From: Octopus sinensis
Lineage: Eukaryota
DNA length: 64,000 nt
Assembly: GCF_006345805.1 (NCBI RefSeq)
Contig: NC_043003.1
Span: 14,694,001-14,758,000 of the forward strand
Direction: 5' to 3'
Shown here: piece by piece, positions 1-12,897 of the stretch
Numbering within the stretch: position 1 is the stretch's first letter
Layout of the letters: every line of letters starts with the position of its first letter
Program-made: the position numbers and the translations under genes
The notes under the pieces: model-generated
Database searches by the model: none
What the model was told of the DNA's origin: nothing
What the model saw: only the letters and a program-made list of their open reading frames with translations

Positions 1-645
1 CCCCAGCATGGCCACAGCTCTAGAGCTGAAACTGGAAAGCATAAACATAAACATAAACAGGAGGGGCTGTGTGGTAAGTAGCTTGCTTACTAACCAGATG
101 GTTCCGGCTTCAGTCCCACTGCGTGGCAATTTTGCCCATGACACTACATGGACCCTAAGTAAGGCATGTGTAAAATTTGAATGAAATTGGTTGTATAGTT
201 CACAAGTTTTAGGAATTCACACAGAAACACAGACAGACACACATTCTCATCTTTATATATATATATATATACAGACACACACACACAACAGGCTTCTTTC
301 AGTTTCCTTCAACCGAATCCACTCACAAGGCTTTGATTTGCCTGAGGCTATAGCAGAAGGTGCTTGCCCAGGGTGCCATGCAGTGGGACTGAAACCAGAA
401 TCATGTGGTTGGGAAGTCAGCTTCTTACCACACAACCACTCCTGTGCCTATATACATATACATACACACACACATACACACACACACATATATATATACA
501 CACACACACATATATACACACATAATACCCTCCCTCCACACACACACACATATATATATATACATGCATATATACGTATATGTATGCATTAAATATAACT
601 ACAAGACAATGCTCTGGGTTAATGTAATTTACTAAAAGCCCCATA

Positions 646-873
646 CTCTTTTACTTGTTTTAATCATTTGACTGTGGCCATGATGGAGCACCGCCTTTAG
701 TCGAGCGAATCGACCCCAGGACTTATTTTGTAAGCCTAGTACTTATTCTATCGGTCTCTTTTTGCTGAACTGCTAAGTTACGGGGATGTAAACACACCAG
801 CATCGGTTGTCAAGCAATGCTAGGGGGACAAACACAAACACACAAACATATACACATACATACATACATATAC

Positions 874-949
<76 letters not shown>

Positions 950-1101
950 CATATAAATGACGGGCTTCTTTCAGTTTCCCTCTTCCAAATAGCCTGAGGC
1001 TATAGTAGAAGACACTTGCCCAAGGTGTCACGCAGTGGGTCTGAACCCAGAACCATGTGGTTGGTAAGCAAGCTACTTGCCACACAGTCACTGCTAGGCC
1101 T
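646..1101 (-). mobile_element. SINE family A, full-length copy with expanded internal (TA)n
   Basis: Reverse complement of the consensus seen about 20 times in the window: tRNA-like head taggcgcaggagtggctgtgtggtaag...ggttcagtccc, CORE-like gtggcaccttgggcaagtg, internal (TA/TG)n, tail ...gactgaaacaagtaaaagag. Confidence 0.85.
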
Positions 1102-1853
1102 ATATATATATATATGATAGGCTTCTGTCAGTTTCTATCTACCAAATCCACTCACAAGGCTTTGGTCGGCCCGAGGCTATAGTAGAAGACACTTGCCCAA
1201 GGTGCTATGCAGTGGGACTGAACCTGGAACCATGTGGTTTGTAAGCAAGCTACTTACCACACAGCCACTCCTACACCTTCTTGAAATTTCTAATACATCA
1301 TGGCCACAGTTCAGCAAAACTATTAAAATAAAAAAATCTAAAAAAGAAATTTTTTTAAATCTAAAATACCCATATACACATATTTACTTAGGTGCTTATA
1401 AATATAGTCTTTCTGTCAAGGCTGTAATCTAACAATGTAACAACAGGTTACAAGTTATTCCATTCTCTTTAGAATTACAAGCAGCCTGACTAAATATATT
1501 TGAAGAATGTAAAAATGTTTTAGAAATATATTATGCTTTCATATGCAAAATTATTTCCTTATCAGGCCGTACCATTTTCCATGTAATTTAGTACACACAT
1601 ACATACATACATTACATACATAAATACAAGCACATGTGTGTTATTTTTGTATCTATGTATGTATGTGTTATACATACACACATATAATATTTGAGTATAT
1701 ATGTGTATATATATATATGTATATATGTATGTATGTATATATATATATAAAGTTAATCCGAACAAGAAAACAAAAACAAAAAAACACAACAACGCAAGGA
1801 CGTGGAACAAATAAAGTATTATTGGACGCTCAAGAAAGAAGGGAAGAAGGAGG

Positions 1854-1888
1854 GTTTGACGTTTCGAGCGGAGCTCTTCGTCGGAAAC
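1854..1888 (-). ncRNA. Minimal PLE-type hammerhead ribozyme (U4C variant)
   Basis: Minus strand reads gttt-CCGACGA-a-gagc(tcc)gctc-GAA-ACGT-C-aaac: stem I gttt/aaac, stem II gagc/gctc, palindromic stem III, GUC triplet. Confidence 0.7.
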
Positions 1889-1973
1889 ATAGGAGAAGGA
1901 AAGATCCCGAGAAGGGAAGATAGAGGGAAAAAAAAATAATAAATCGCCAACGGTACACACGAGATCACATTTA

Positions 1974-2447
1974 TCATTCCTTTTGAAGATTGCTCTTAAA
2001 TGTGGTTTTGGTCATTTTGACTGCTTCTTCTAGCATGTAAAAACTGCCTGTTGAAGGCAGTTTTCTCTTGTGTTTAAATGTAAACTATTTCATATTGAGA
2101 ATATGTTGTCTATTGACATTTCTAAAAAAACTGAAATTTCTAAAAAAACTCACTACTCTATATTTTATGTATATTTAGTAATTTTTAAGAGATTAGTTCG
2201 GCTTTTATTCATTTACTGCTGACTGAAACTGCGCTTCCGCAGTGAATTTGAAAAGTTGTAATGTATAATGATGAGACACATGTTATTTGTCTCTTAATTA
2301 TATGTTAGTGTTATGGTGTGGTCACTGATGAAAAATTCGCCTAGCAAATTATTTTATTTGCTAAAAAATTTTGAAATTTAGGTCTGACCAGATTAAAATA
2401 ACAAGGTAAAAGTTTTTATTTTTCATTCCTTTTGAAGATTGCTCTTA
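1974..2447. mobile_element. ~450 bp unit bounded by a 25-bp direct repeat (pseudo-LTR-like)
   Basis: tcattccttttgaagattgctctta at 1974-1998 and 2423-2447; the same family recurs as a palindrome at 23226-23451. Confidence 0.55.
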
Positions 2448-2454
2448 TGTTTTT

Positions 2455-2918
2455 TCACATGCCACCAGCACTAGCGCCAGTAAGGCAACGCAGATCAGAA
2501 TCGAAATCGATCAATGGAAATTGCAGCTGATTTACCAGTGCCGGTGCACTTAAGAGAACCATCCGTTCATGACTGTTGCCAGCGCCGCCCTGACTGGCCT
2601 CGTGCTGGTGGCACGTAAAAAGCACCATCCGTTCGTGTCCGTTGCCAGCCTCGCCTGGCCCCCGTGCCGGTGGCATGTAAAAGCACCATCCGTTCGTGGC
2701 CGTTTGCCAGCTCCGTCTGGCACCTGTGCGGGTGGCACGTAAAAAGCACCCACTACACTCATGGAGTGGTTGGCGTTAGGAAGGGCATCCAGCTGTAGAA
2801 ACACTGCCAGATCAGACTGGGCCTGATGCAGCCTTCTGGCTTCACAGACCCCAGTTGAACCGTCCAACCCATGCTAGCACGGAAAGCGGACGCTAAATGA
2901 TGATGATGATGATGATGA

Positions 2919-2922
<4 letters not shown>
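2455..2922 (+). mobile_element. RTE-clade LINE 3' tail (family B)
   Basis: ggttggcgttaggaagggcatccagctgtagaaac...ccaacccatgctagc...(gat)n; the same UTR follows the RTE C-terminal ORF at 24093-24293. Confidence 0.8.
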
Positions 2923-2978
<56 letters not shown>

Positions 2979-3719
2979 GACTAAGACTTCATGATTTAGA
3001 ACTTGTACATTTGTCTTTTATAGAAGTTCATCATGCAAACTTTCCGTGGCCCTTGTCCCACTTGTGGGCCCTTGTGGGTCAGTATGACTCGAGAAGGAAA
3101 GCTTTACTTTTTACTTAATGGATCAAGTGCCATTTCCCTACTGTATATTTGTCAATAGCCTGATGTATCAATATTCATGCAATACAGTATTATAGATCCA
3201 TTTCAGCTGTTTTTCACCTTCTGGTTTCACACATGAAAGTTAGACTAAAAAGAAAAGAACAAAAAAGCAATCTTGGCTCTCATCAGAGGAGCTGGCAGGA
3301 AGAGTATAGTAACAGTTCTTTACCACATACTTGTGGTGAAAAATTGAAATCAAAAAATCTGTGGGAACAGCTTAGAAGGAAAATTTTTTGTTCATTGGCG
3401 TTATACCTCTTGGATAAGGGCCAAACAGTTACATCACAGTAATAAGGAGTAAATACTTGTAAAGTCGGGTCGGGACTGGGGTGTAGGTAGGATGGGGTTG
3501 ATGTGTGTACAAAGGTTGGCAGAAAGAGGGCATGGTGAGAGGGGCCGATCTTAAAATCAGCTGTTGACATGTATATGTGAGCTTGTATATAATAAGCTGG
3601 GTGTGGTGGTCTTATACTTAATCCCTCAGGTTATGGTGATGGGAAGTTCTGGTGGTGGAAGAACAAATGTTTATATTCATGGTGCTGTCTGCTACTATTC
3701 AAATATCTTTGTTCATGAG

Positions 3720-4095
3720 GTCAGGATTAAAAGATTTCACTTTTAAAGTTTTGGCAACTATTTGGGTAAAGAGAATTCTTTAGTGTAATTCTGTTGTCTG
3801 CCTGAGAGTGCTGGCACTTTTTCCTGCAATTGAAGTAAAGCTTACATCTTCCCAGTATTCTCCATTTGGTGAGGTAATCTATGGCACTTTCTTTCAATAA
3901 CCAAATGCAACTTGTTAACCCTAACTTGTTAGGGTTATCGCATTTCATCTCTTCTGGATATTAAAAGAGGACTTGTAGTTGTCAAATCTGGTCCTTAAGG
4001 GTCCATCTGCTGCAGCCACAAATTTCCATACAGCTGTGTACCGACTGGGATACTTCAACATCACCTCAACCTCATATAAAATGATTTTGGTATTA
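3720..4095 (-). pseudogene. Penelope-like element GIY-YIG endonuclease relic
   Basis: Frameshifted translation IILYEVEV...FVAAADGPLRTRFDNYKSSFN / CIWLLKE..IDYLTKWRILGRCKLYFNCRKKC resembles the PLE motif IVYxAxV..YIGxTExxFKxRYNNHKSSF..IWxLK..YxIxWxIL. Confidence 0.6.
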
Positions 4096-4274
4096 CCTCT
4101 ATATGATGATGATGATGACAATGATTATGATGACAACGACAACAACAATACTTTCTACTAAAGGCAGGATACTTGGACCCGACAAATGAAGTGAGTTCAT
4201 GACTCGCAGGATGGACTGCTGTGCTTACCTTGGATCGTAAGGCGACCTGCTTTGCTTGAGGAAACCTATTGAGT

Positions 4275-4630
4275 CAAGTACGTCTACATCAAAATAGAAA
4301 TCAAATGGAAATTGTAGTTGTGATACCCATGCCAGTGGCATGTAAAAAGCACCATCCGAATGTGGCCAATGTCTGCGCAGCCTTGACTGGCTTCCATGCC
4401 GTTGACACAGAAAAAGCACCAAACGATTGTGGCTGTTGTCAGCCTTCTCTGACCCTGTGCTGGTGGCACATAAAAAGCACCCACTACATTCACGGAGTCG
4501 TTGGTGTTAGGAAGGGCATCCAGCTGTAGAAACACTGCCAGATCTGACTTGAGCCTGGCACAGCCTCCTGGATTCCCAGACCCCGGTCAAACCATCCAAC
4601 CCATGCTAGCATGGAAAACAGACGTTAAAC

Positions 4631-4660
<30 letters not shown>
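4275..4660 (+). mobile_element. RTE LINE 3' tail (family B)
   Basis: Same UTR motifs and (gat)n tail as 2455-2922. Confidence 0.75.
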
Positions 4661-4661
<1 letters not shown>

Positions 4662-5063
4662 GTTTATTTGATTATATTGACCTCCAGTGTTCAACTGGTA
4701 CTTATTTTATTGACCCTGAAATGATGAAGGTAAAATCAAGTCTTCTAACTGTAAGCGCAAGGCCTGAAATTTTGGGGAAGTGGGTTGGTTGATTACATTG
4801 ACCCCCAATATGCAACTAGTACTTGTTTTATTAGTTCAGAAAGGATAAAAGCAAAGTCAATCTTGGTAGGATTTGAACTCAGAACAAAGAGATGAATGAA
4901 ATGTCATCAAGCATTTTGTGCTGTACTGTGATGATTCTTCTAGCTCAATGTATATCTAACAACAACAACAATAATAAAAACAGGAAGCAATCACATAATA
5001 ATAATAATAATGATGATGATGCATTTTTAATGTAAAGTCAATGAGCTGGCAGAATCTCTTTTA

Positions 5064-5280
5064 CTCTTTTACTTGTTTCAGTCATTTGACTGTGGCCATG
5101 CTGGAGCACCGCCCTTAGTCGAGCAAATCCATCCCAGGACTTATTCTTTGTAAGCATAGTACTTATTCTATCAGTCCCCTTTTTCCGAACCGCTAAGTTA
5201 CGGGGATGTAAGCACGCCAGTGTCAGTTGTCAAGCAATGTCGGGGGAGGGGGGACAAACACAGACACAAACACACACACA

Positions 5281-5314
<34 letters not shown>

Positions 5315-5475
5315 GACAGGCTTCTTTCAGTTTCTGTCTACCAAATCCACTCACAAGGCTTAGGTCGGCCTGAGGCTATAGTAGAAGACACTTACCCAAG
5401 GTGCCACACAGTGGGACTGAACCTGGAACCATTTGGCTGGTAAGCAGGCTACTTACCACACAGCCATTCCTGTGC
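5064..5475 (-). mobile_element. SINE family A, full length
   Basis: Head and tail both present, internal (CA)n. Confidence 0.85.
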
Positions 5476-5699
5476 CTAATCATAAATCTTAATGGAAAAC
5501 TTTTGTTATAGCCCTGCTTAAAATTTGAGGGCATTGGATGTGGCAGCACACCCGATTCAATAGCCACCATATGCCACTGGTTTTAAGATCAAATTCCGTT
5601 GAGGTCAAATTTGCTTTTTATCCTTCTAGGGTCAATAAAATATAGTACCAATTGAGTACAGGGACTAGTGCAATCAACTAGCCCCTCCCCTCATAATTT

Positions 5700-6002
5700 T
5701 GTTTGTTTCTTCTTGAGCCATGCTTGGCTCATAAGGGCTGGTTTCCCGGTTTCCTTGGTGTATAGGTTTCCCACCTGGACAGGACGCCGGTCCGTCGCAG
5801 GTGAGCCACAAGATGCAGGAGGAAAGAGTGAGAGAAAGTTGTGGTGAAAGAGTCAGCAGAAGTTTGCCATTACTTTCTGCTGGAGCCGCATGGAGCTTAG
5901 GTGTTTTGCTCATAAACGCACACATCACCTGGTCTGAGATTTGAACCTGTGATTCCTCGACCGTGAGTCTGCTGCTCTAACCACTAGGCCATGTGCCTCC
6001 AC
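5700..6002 (-). mobile_element. SINE family E (tRNA-like head gtggaggcacatggcctagtggttag...)
   Basis: Homologous to 47560-47952 (-) and 58557-58850 (+). Confidence 0.7.
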
Positions 6003-6254
6003 TCCCCTCATAATTGCCTGCTTTGAATGACAAAATTCAAAACCTTTAATTTGAAACATTTAACATCGATCCAGTAACTCGACTGGGGTTGTTTTATGGG
6101 CCCAGGAAGGCTGAATGGTAAAGTCGGCTCTGGCAGTATTTGAACTCAGAGTGTTCAGGATTGCAATCAAAAACTGCCAAGTATTTAAGCTTGATGTTCA
6201 GCTGATTGTAGCAATCGACCATGAATTGTAGCAATGATGGCAACATCTATAGGA

Positions 6255-7010
6255 TTAGCAATTCAGCAGTAGTAGCAGCAGCAGCAGCAGCAACAGCAAC
6301 CATAACAACAACAACAACAGCAGCTGCACCAACAACAACAATAACAACAGCAGTACAATAAATGGCATACACTGAAAAGTGTTGATTTCTCCAAAAGTAG
6401 ACAGTTGTGTGTGTGTGTGGACATACTTACAAGCTTCCGCATGTGTGTGTGTGTGTGTGTTTGCGTTTGTCTGTGTGTGTGTGTGTGTTTGCTTTTGTGT
6501 GTGTATATATATATGTATGTATGTATGTAAAGTATGTACGTATGTATGGATGTATGGATGAATGTGTGTGTGTGTGTGTGTTTGGGTTTGTGTGTGTGTT
6601 TGCGTTTGTGTGTGTGTGTGCGTATATATATATATGTATGTATGTATTATGTATGTACGTATGTATGTATGTATGTGTGTATGTATGTATGGATGGATGT
6701 ATGGATGTATGTGTGTATGTGTATGTGTGTAAATATATATGCACATACACACACACAGACACTCACATGCATTGAATTGGGCATACATACACATATATAT
6801 ACTCATTCACACACATGTATCTATCAACTTATTGTCCTCCTTCTCTCCCTCTGTGTCTATGTATGTGTGTGTATTAATGTGTGTGTGTATATTTGTGTTT
6901 GTATATAATTATATGTACATATGTGTATATATATATGTGTGTGTGTATATATATATGTGTGTGTGTATATATATATATGTGTGTGTTGTGTGTGTGTGTG
7001 TGTGAACACA
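6255..7010. repeat. Compound microsatellite (CAG/CAA, TG, TATG)
   Basis: Direct reading; source of spurious poly-L and HT/CV ORFs. Confidence 0.95.
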
Positions 7011-7781
7011 CGTACGCACATACAAACTACAGACTGAATCCGCATACATTTAAACAGCCTCTTTATTATGCTTATTTATTTTTTTTTGGTTAATTTTTCT
7101 TTTTTTTTTTTTTACATTTTCAGTGCTAAAAGTACCCAGACATTAGTGAAACCCAAGTCAAAGTGAACAGAACCAAATTTTCATTTTACATTTATTTTAT
7201 TTCATTTTATTTTATTTTATTTTATTTTATTTTATTTTTTAGGAAAACATGTCTTTGACACATCCCCCACCACCACCACCACTATCACCCCCTGCCCCCC
7301 CCCCTTTGCAGTTTCATATTTCTCTTTTACATGAAGACAAGAAGTTACCATTTGACATGTTAGCTGAAAACCAAGATAACTGACAAACTGACTTTTAATT
7401 CTTTTTTCTTCTTTTTTTTTTGTCTGAGAAATTTTGTGTTGTTTGAGAAAGCTTTAATATAATATCTCATCTATAGATGATAGACAAAGTTACCAGCCTC
7501 CCATGTTCATTCATCTCTTGCTTTGTACAAGTTACAACTTGTCATTTGTACGCACATAAGGCGCCGGAATGAAATTTGCATAAGGGATGCAAACCCAAGT
7601 CCAAAACTTTTTATAGACAAGTTTGATTTTACAGTTCTATATTTGAGAGATGAGGAATTATGTACATTGTTTACATTATTTTGCAGTGCAGATATGTGTA
7701 GCTTATGGGAACTGGTATTAAGGAAGGATAGGAAAATATTAGATTTATAAGCCCTAAAATTCACTCCATAATTGCTCAATG

Positions 7782-8282
7782 GCATATGGCGTAGTGGTTA
7801 AGAGCATGGGCTGCTAACCCCAAGATTCCGAGTTCGATTTGAAGGTGGTGAGCTGGCAGAAACGTTAGCATGCCGGGTGAAAAGCTTAGCTATTATGTTC
7901 TGAGTTCAAATTTGCCTGTCATCCTTTCAGGGTTGATAAAATAAGTACCAGTTATGCACTGGGGTCGATGTAATCGACTTAATCCGTTTGTCTGTCCTTG
8001 TTTGTCCCCTCTGTGTTTAGCCCCTTGTGGGTAGTAAAGAAATAGGTATTTTGTCTGCTCTTACATTCTGAGTTCAAATTCCGCCGAGGTCGACTTTGCC
8101 TTTCATCCTTTCATGGTCGATAAAGTACCAGTTATGCACTGGGGCCGATGTAATTGACTTAATCCCTTTGTCTGTCCTTGTTTGTCCCCTCTGTGTTTAG
8201 CCCCTTGTGGGCATTAAAGAAATAAAAAATAAGATTCCAAGTTCGATTCCAGGCAGTGACCTGAATAATAATAATAATAATG

Positions 8283-8313
<31 letters not shown>

Positions 8314-8440
8314 CAACAACATCAAAAAGTACCTTAGTTTGAAATTAGTTCGAATAGTACCCAAGTTCAAAATTTTCCCAAGACACCTGATGAAGGCTGG
8401 AGGGTATATCAGCCAAAACATTGTGTTAACAACAAACAAG
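7782..8440 (+). mobile_element. SINE-like family H (tRNA-Ser-like head + (TAA)n + hammerhead tail), interrupted by a family C insertion
   Basis: Head gcatatggcgtagtggttaagagcatgggctgctaacccc (loop ctGCTaa); resumes at 8231; decayed HHR gacac-CTGATGA-aggctg..cagcc-AAAACAT-t-gtgtt at 8382-8427. Confidence 0.75.
7843..8230 (+). mobile_element. SINE family C, dimeric form
   Basis: Head ggtggtgagctggcagaaacgttagc, body ttcatcctttc.gggtcgataa..aagtaccag present twice; 18-bp TSD aagattcc(g/a)agttcgatt at 7822-7839 and 8231-8248. Confidence 0.85.
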
Positions 8441-8874
8441 GTTGATTTTTCTCAATCTTTGTATTAAAACAAACCAAGGTATGATGATCCTTTCTACAAA
8501 AGGCACAAGGTCTGAAATTTTGTGGGAGGGGGTCTAGTTGATTACATCGACCCCAATGCTCAACTTATTCTACTTATTTTATTGACCTCAAAAAGAGATG
8601 AAGATCAGAGTTGACCTTGGCAGAATTTGAACTTAGAACATATAGATGGATGAGATGCTGCTAAGCATTTTGTCCAGTATGCTAACGATTTTGCAAGCTC
8701 ACTACCTTTAACAAAAAACATAATAATAGTTATCACTATATATATACAATATGCTATGTGTCTTTGTATATATACTTTTTTTTTTGTAAGTAACACTTTG
8801 ATGTTTAAAGCTGTTAAATTCATTCCATTTTATAAGATTCACTTTCTAAATCATTTAACGAGAGCTGGAGACAT

Positions 8875-9258
8875 TCTACTCTTTTACTTGTTTCAGACAT
8901 TTGACTGCGGCCATGCTGGAGCACTGCCTTTAGTTGAGCAAATCGACCCCAGGACTTATTCTTTGTAAGCCTAGTACTTATTCTTTTGCCAAACCGCTAA
9001 GTAACAGGGACATAAACACACCAGCATTGGTTGTCAAGTGATGTTGGGTGACAAACACAGACACACAAACACACGCACAAACACATACATATACATATAT
9101 ACGACAGGCTTCTTTCAGTTTCCGTCTACCAAATCCACTCACAAGGCTTTGGTCGGCCCAAGGCTATAGCAAAAGGCACTGGCCCAAGATATCACGCAGT
9201 GGGACTGAACCCAGAACCATGTGGTTGGTAAGCAAGCTACTTACCACACAGCCACTCC
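8875..9258 (-). mobile_element. SINE family A, full length
   Basis: Matches consensus. Confidence 0.85.
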
Positions 9259-9535
9259 TTTTGTATTTGTCTTATAATACTTAATGAAACAGTTTAAAGT
9301 TTTCTAAATTAACCAAAAGCGTTTTTACTTTCTTAAAAACAACAGCATCTCTGCTTCATTGTTCTGTTTGTCTCTTGTATTTGAACATTCACTTTGCTTT
9401 CTTCATGCTGGAAGAACGTTTTGATATTCATAAACTTTGACAAATTGCCATACACCAAAATATATAAGAAATGTCCTCATCATTTATTGTAGCCCAAACA
9501 GTTATTTTGAAGTAAGTTATTGCCATACTATAGAA

Positions 9536-9736
9536 CAGTGGTTTTCAACCAGGGTTCCGCCAGTACAGTCCAGGGGTTCCGCAAGAAGTTACAAAACTGC
9601 TAAAATCGGCAGTAATTTTTAATTCTCCTGTGCAGATATGTGTGCATAAGACTATTAAATTATTGCACAGGGATTCCTCGAGCCAGTGGAATGTTTCCTT
9701 GGGGTTCCGCTCCAGCAAGAATGTTGAAAAGCACTG
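9536..9736. mobile_element. hAT (Charlie-like) MITE
   Basis: TIRs cagtggttttcaac / gttgaaaagcactg; 8-bp TSD ctatagaa / ctgtagaa. Confidence 0.85.
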
Positions 9737-10094
9737 CTGTAGAACAATGACACTTAAGTCTGATTCTATATTTTTATTTTATAAAATTGGATTTACTGGA
9801 TTTCAGTTGTATCAGACTATATACTACACTCCTTTGCTTTGCTTGGTCTACAATGTGGTTTGTAGCCTGATCCATTAAAGGAGCCTTTAGTTAAATCCAT
9901 ATTTCATTTCATCTAGTTTCAGCTCACGAGCTGTGGCCATGCTGGAGCACCGCCATTCGATGTTGCTACATGATTTTACTTCACGAACGCTTTTTAGCAA
10001 TTGACATTTGGTGCATGAGAGAGTTTGATGCAGCTGCCCTCATCTGCACCTCCTGCCGTGAAGTTGGTTCATCTGGGACACCTGACATATATAT

Positions 10095-10135
<41 letters not shown>

Positions 10136-10176
10136 CAGACAGACATACAGACAGATAGAGAGATAGATAGACAGAC

Positions 10177-10215
<39 letters not shown>

Positions 10216-11221
10216 TAGAGAGATATAGAGATAGATAGATAGATAGTGTTATATCGTATGTTCGGATGACCTTCACCCAACTCTTTGACGTCTAGACTTC
10301 TCCCTTTATATCTATGTATTGGGCTAGCCTACTTCATCGTTTGGGGGCATTGATACAACAATATGTTTGTGTGTCTGTGTTTGTCCCCCAAACATCACTT
10401 GACAACCGATGCTGGTGTGTTTACGTCCCTGTAACTTAGCGGTTTGGCAAAAGAGATCGATAGAATAAGTTCTAGGCTTACAAAGAATAAGTCCTGGCAG
10501 TCAATTTGCTCAACTAAAGGCAATGCTGCAGCATGGCCACAGTCAAATGACTGAAACAAATAAAAGAGTAAAAGAGTAAAGTTGACCTCAGCAGAATTTG
10601 AACTCAGAATGTAAAGACAGAGGAGACGCTGTTGTGCATTTTGCCCAGTGTGCTAACCATTCTGCCAGCTTGCCACCTTAAAATAATAAGACATATCGGT
10701 TTCACATTTTGGCACAAGACCAGCAATTTTGAAGGTGAGGAAAGTCGATTAGATCAACCCCAGTTTTCAACTGGTACTTAATTTATCAACTCCGAAAGGA
10801 CAAAAGGCAACGTTGACTCTGGTAGAATTTGAACTCAGAACATAAGGACAGATTAAATGCCACTAAACATTTTTCCCAGCGTGCTAACAGTTCTGCCAGC
10901 TTACCACCTCACAGATCTTTATAATATTGTTAATAACATATCCACAGAACAGCTAATCAAATCAACAGAACATAGAACAAAAGCCCAAAAGGTCAGCAGC
11001 TTGTCTCCTGTCACTGGCATTAAATAAATCTATAGATATCTCCTACAGTCGATCACATCTTCTATAGTATAAATCTCGTATGGTATATTATAATGAAACA
11101 AAGCATTATTAACATGTCAGCAATTTTCTATTCAATCTAACCATGGAGAAAATTGTTGAAGTATGCAAAATGGTTTATCCAGTTTACTTTAACGCTTGTT
11201 ATTAGTTGGTTTAAATGGAGT

Positions 11222-11395
11222 CACGTGGTCTAGTGGTTAGGGTGTTGGACTCATCATTGTAAGATTGTGGTTTAAATTCTTGAACTGAGCAATATATAGT
11301 TTTGTTGAGCAAAGCACTTCATTTCACATTGCTCCAGTCCACTCAGCTGGCAAAAATGAGTAACACTGCAATGGACTGGCATCCTGTCAAGGGGG
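11222..11395 (+). mobile_element. SINE family D
   Basis: cacgtggtctagtggttagggtgttggactca..ttgagcaaagcacttcatttcacattgctccagtccactcagctggc; further copies about 15645-15870, 28530-28680 (-), 45575-45750. Confidence 0.7.
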
Positions 11396-11493
11396 TAAGT
11401 ATATATATATATATATATATATATAGGGAGAGTTTACGAAAAAAACAAAAGACAAAGAGCAGTATTAGTATAATGCTCAGGAATAGAAAAAGT

Positions 11494-11529
11494 CTTTTAC
11501 GTTTCGAGCCTACGCTCTTCTACAGAAAG
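11494..11529 (-). ncRNA. Minimal hammerhead (A6U-mutated core)
   Basis: cttt-CTGTAGA-a-gagc(gtag)gctc-GAA-ACGT-A-aaag; same architecture as 1854 and 49031. Confidence 0.6.
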
Positions 11530-11871
11530 GGACACAGAAAAAACAAGGAGAGAAACAAGGAGACAAAAAAATGCGTGTAGTGGCTAACGATATATATCTT
11601 TAGGTAAATAATCCTTTGAACAGTCGGTCAGTAGCGATGCCTGCTGGATTTGGCTACTCCACATTAATAAGCGGCAAACACCTCAAAACTAGACTGTGGA
11701 TGCCAGGCCAGCAAAGGGAAGCTGCTGACTTCCCCTGTTCGAAGGTTATAATAGACACAGATTTGTGTGTCACATAGCTAGCTAGAGGGCATGGCCTCTT
11801 GGAGCTAACCAACAACAGCATTCGTCCTATTTTTCTGGACTGCCATGTTAGCTTGGTGATAACTATTTATA

Positions 11872-11902
<31 letters not shown>

Positions 11903-12040
11903 TATATTAAATTAGAGATAAAACCACTATTAGGCAAATCAAACAATGAAAAGCATAAGCCAATACATAAAATTAATTAATTTATATTATCTCAAATATA
12001 TATCAAAAGTATTAAAAGTTTGATAAAAGATAAAGAGTAA

Positions 12041-12113
12041 AACACTACGATCGTTTCATGGCTGTACAATTCGTAATAATTCGAGTTATGGTTACAGTCA
12101 ATCTTCAGGTTAA
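12041..12113 (-). ncRNA. Hammerhead with extended stem II in an AT-rich PLE-derived repeat
   Basis: aac-CTGAAGA-t-tgactgta...tacagcca-t-GAA-ACGATCGT-A-gtgtt; palindromic 8-nt stem III; stem I weak. Confidence 0.65.
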
Positions 12114-12897
12114 TTGAAATATCTAAAATATAATCAGAAATATTTAAACAATATTTTTAAGATATAAATAATATAATAATTTTACTTATAATAAACTCTA
12201 TTATCAAACTAGAAACATAAAACTTAACAATTATGATTATATCAAAATCGACTATAATGTTAAATATTAATTTGAATTTATAAGGTAGGAAACCCACCAA
12301 TAATCTAATATCGGTATTAGTCTATATCTAATTACATAAATATTTAAAAATGACTAATATATATAAATTATCAATGAAAATATATAAATGTATATAAATA
12401 TTATAATTAAGATCTAAAATAATCTCTATAAATAAATGTATATGCACATATAATAAAAACCTAATAAATTAATTTTTCATATTTAAAGATGAAATAGCTA
12501 AATTCAAAATACAAATAAACAAACTTAAATGAACTTTCGGAAATCTTATGTAAAATACTTATAGAAATAATCAATTCGTAGTAATATAGTATCAAATAAA
12601 TACTATAAATACTATAAATATAATTATCAATGGCAATAACTAGCGAATATCAATATATATATATATATATATTATATATATACACTATGCAAAATGGGAA
12701 ACTGTCCTTTATTAAGCCAGAGAGTTTTTATGCAATTATTTGGTTTATAAGCAGTAGTATGTTCATAGTTAAATAGGAAGGTTGAGTCCATAAAATAGGA
12801 TTTGACTACACCTCCATTTAGAGCACAGTTTAAGCTATCTTTCCATGGAAGAAGGTTTATGTTCCTATAACCTGTGTTAATTCTGTAACTCTTTAAA

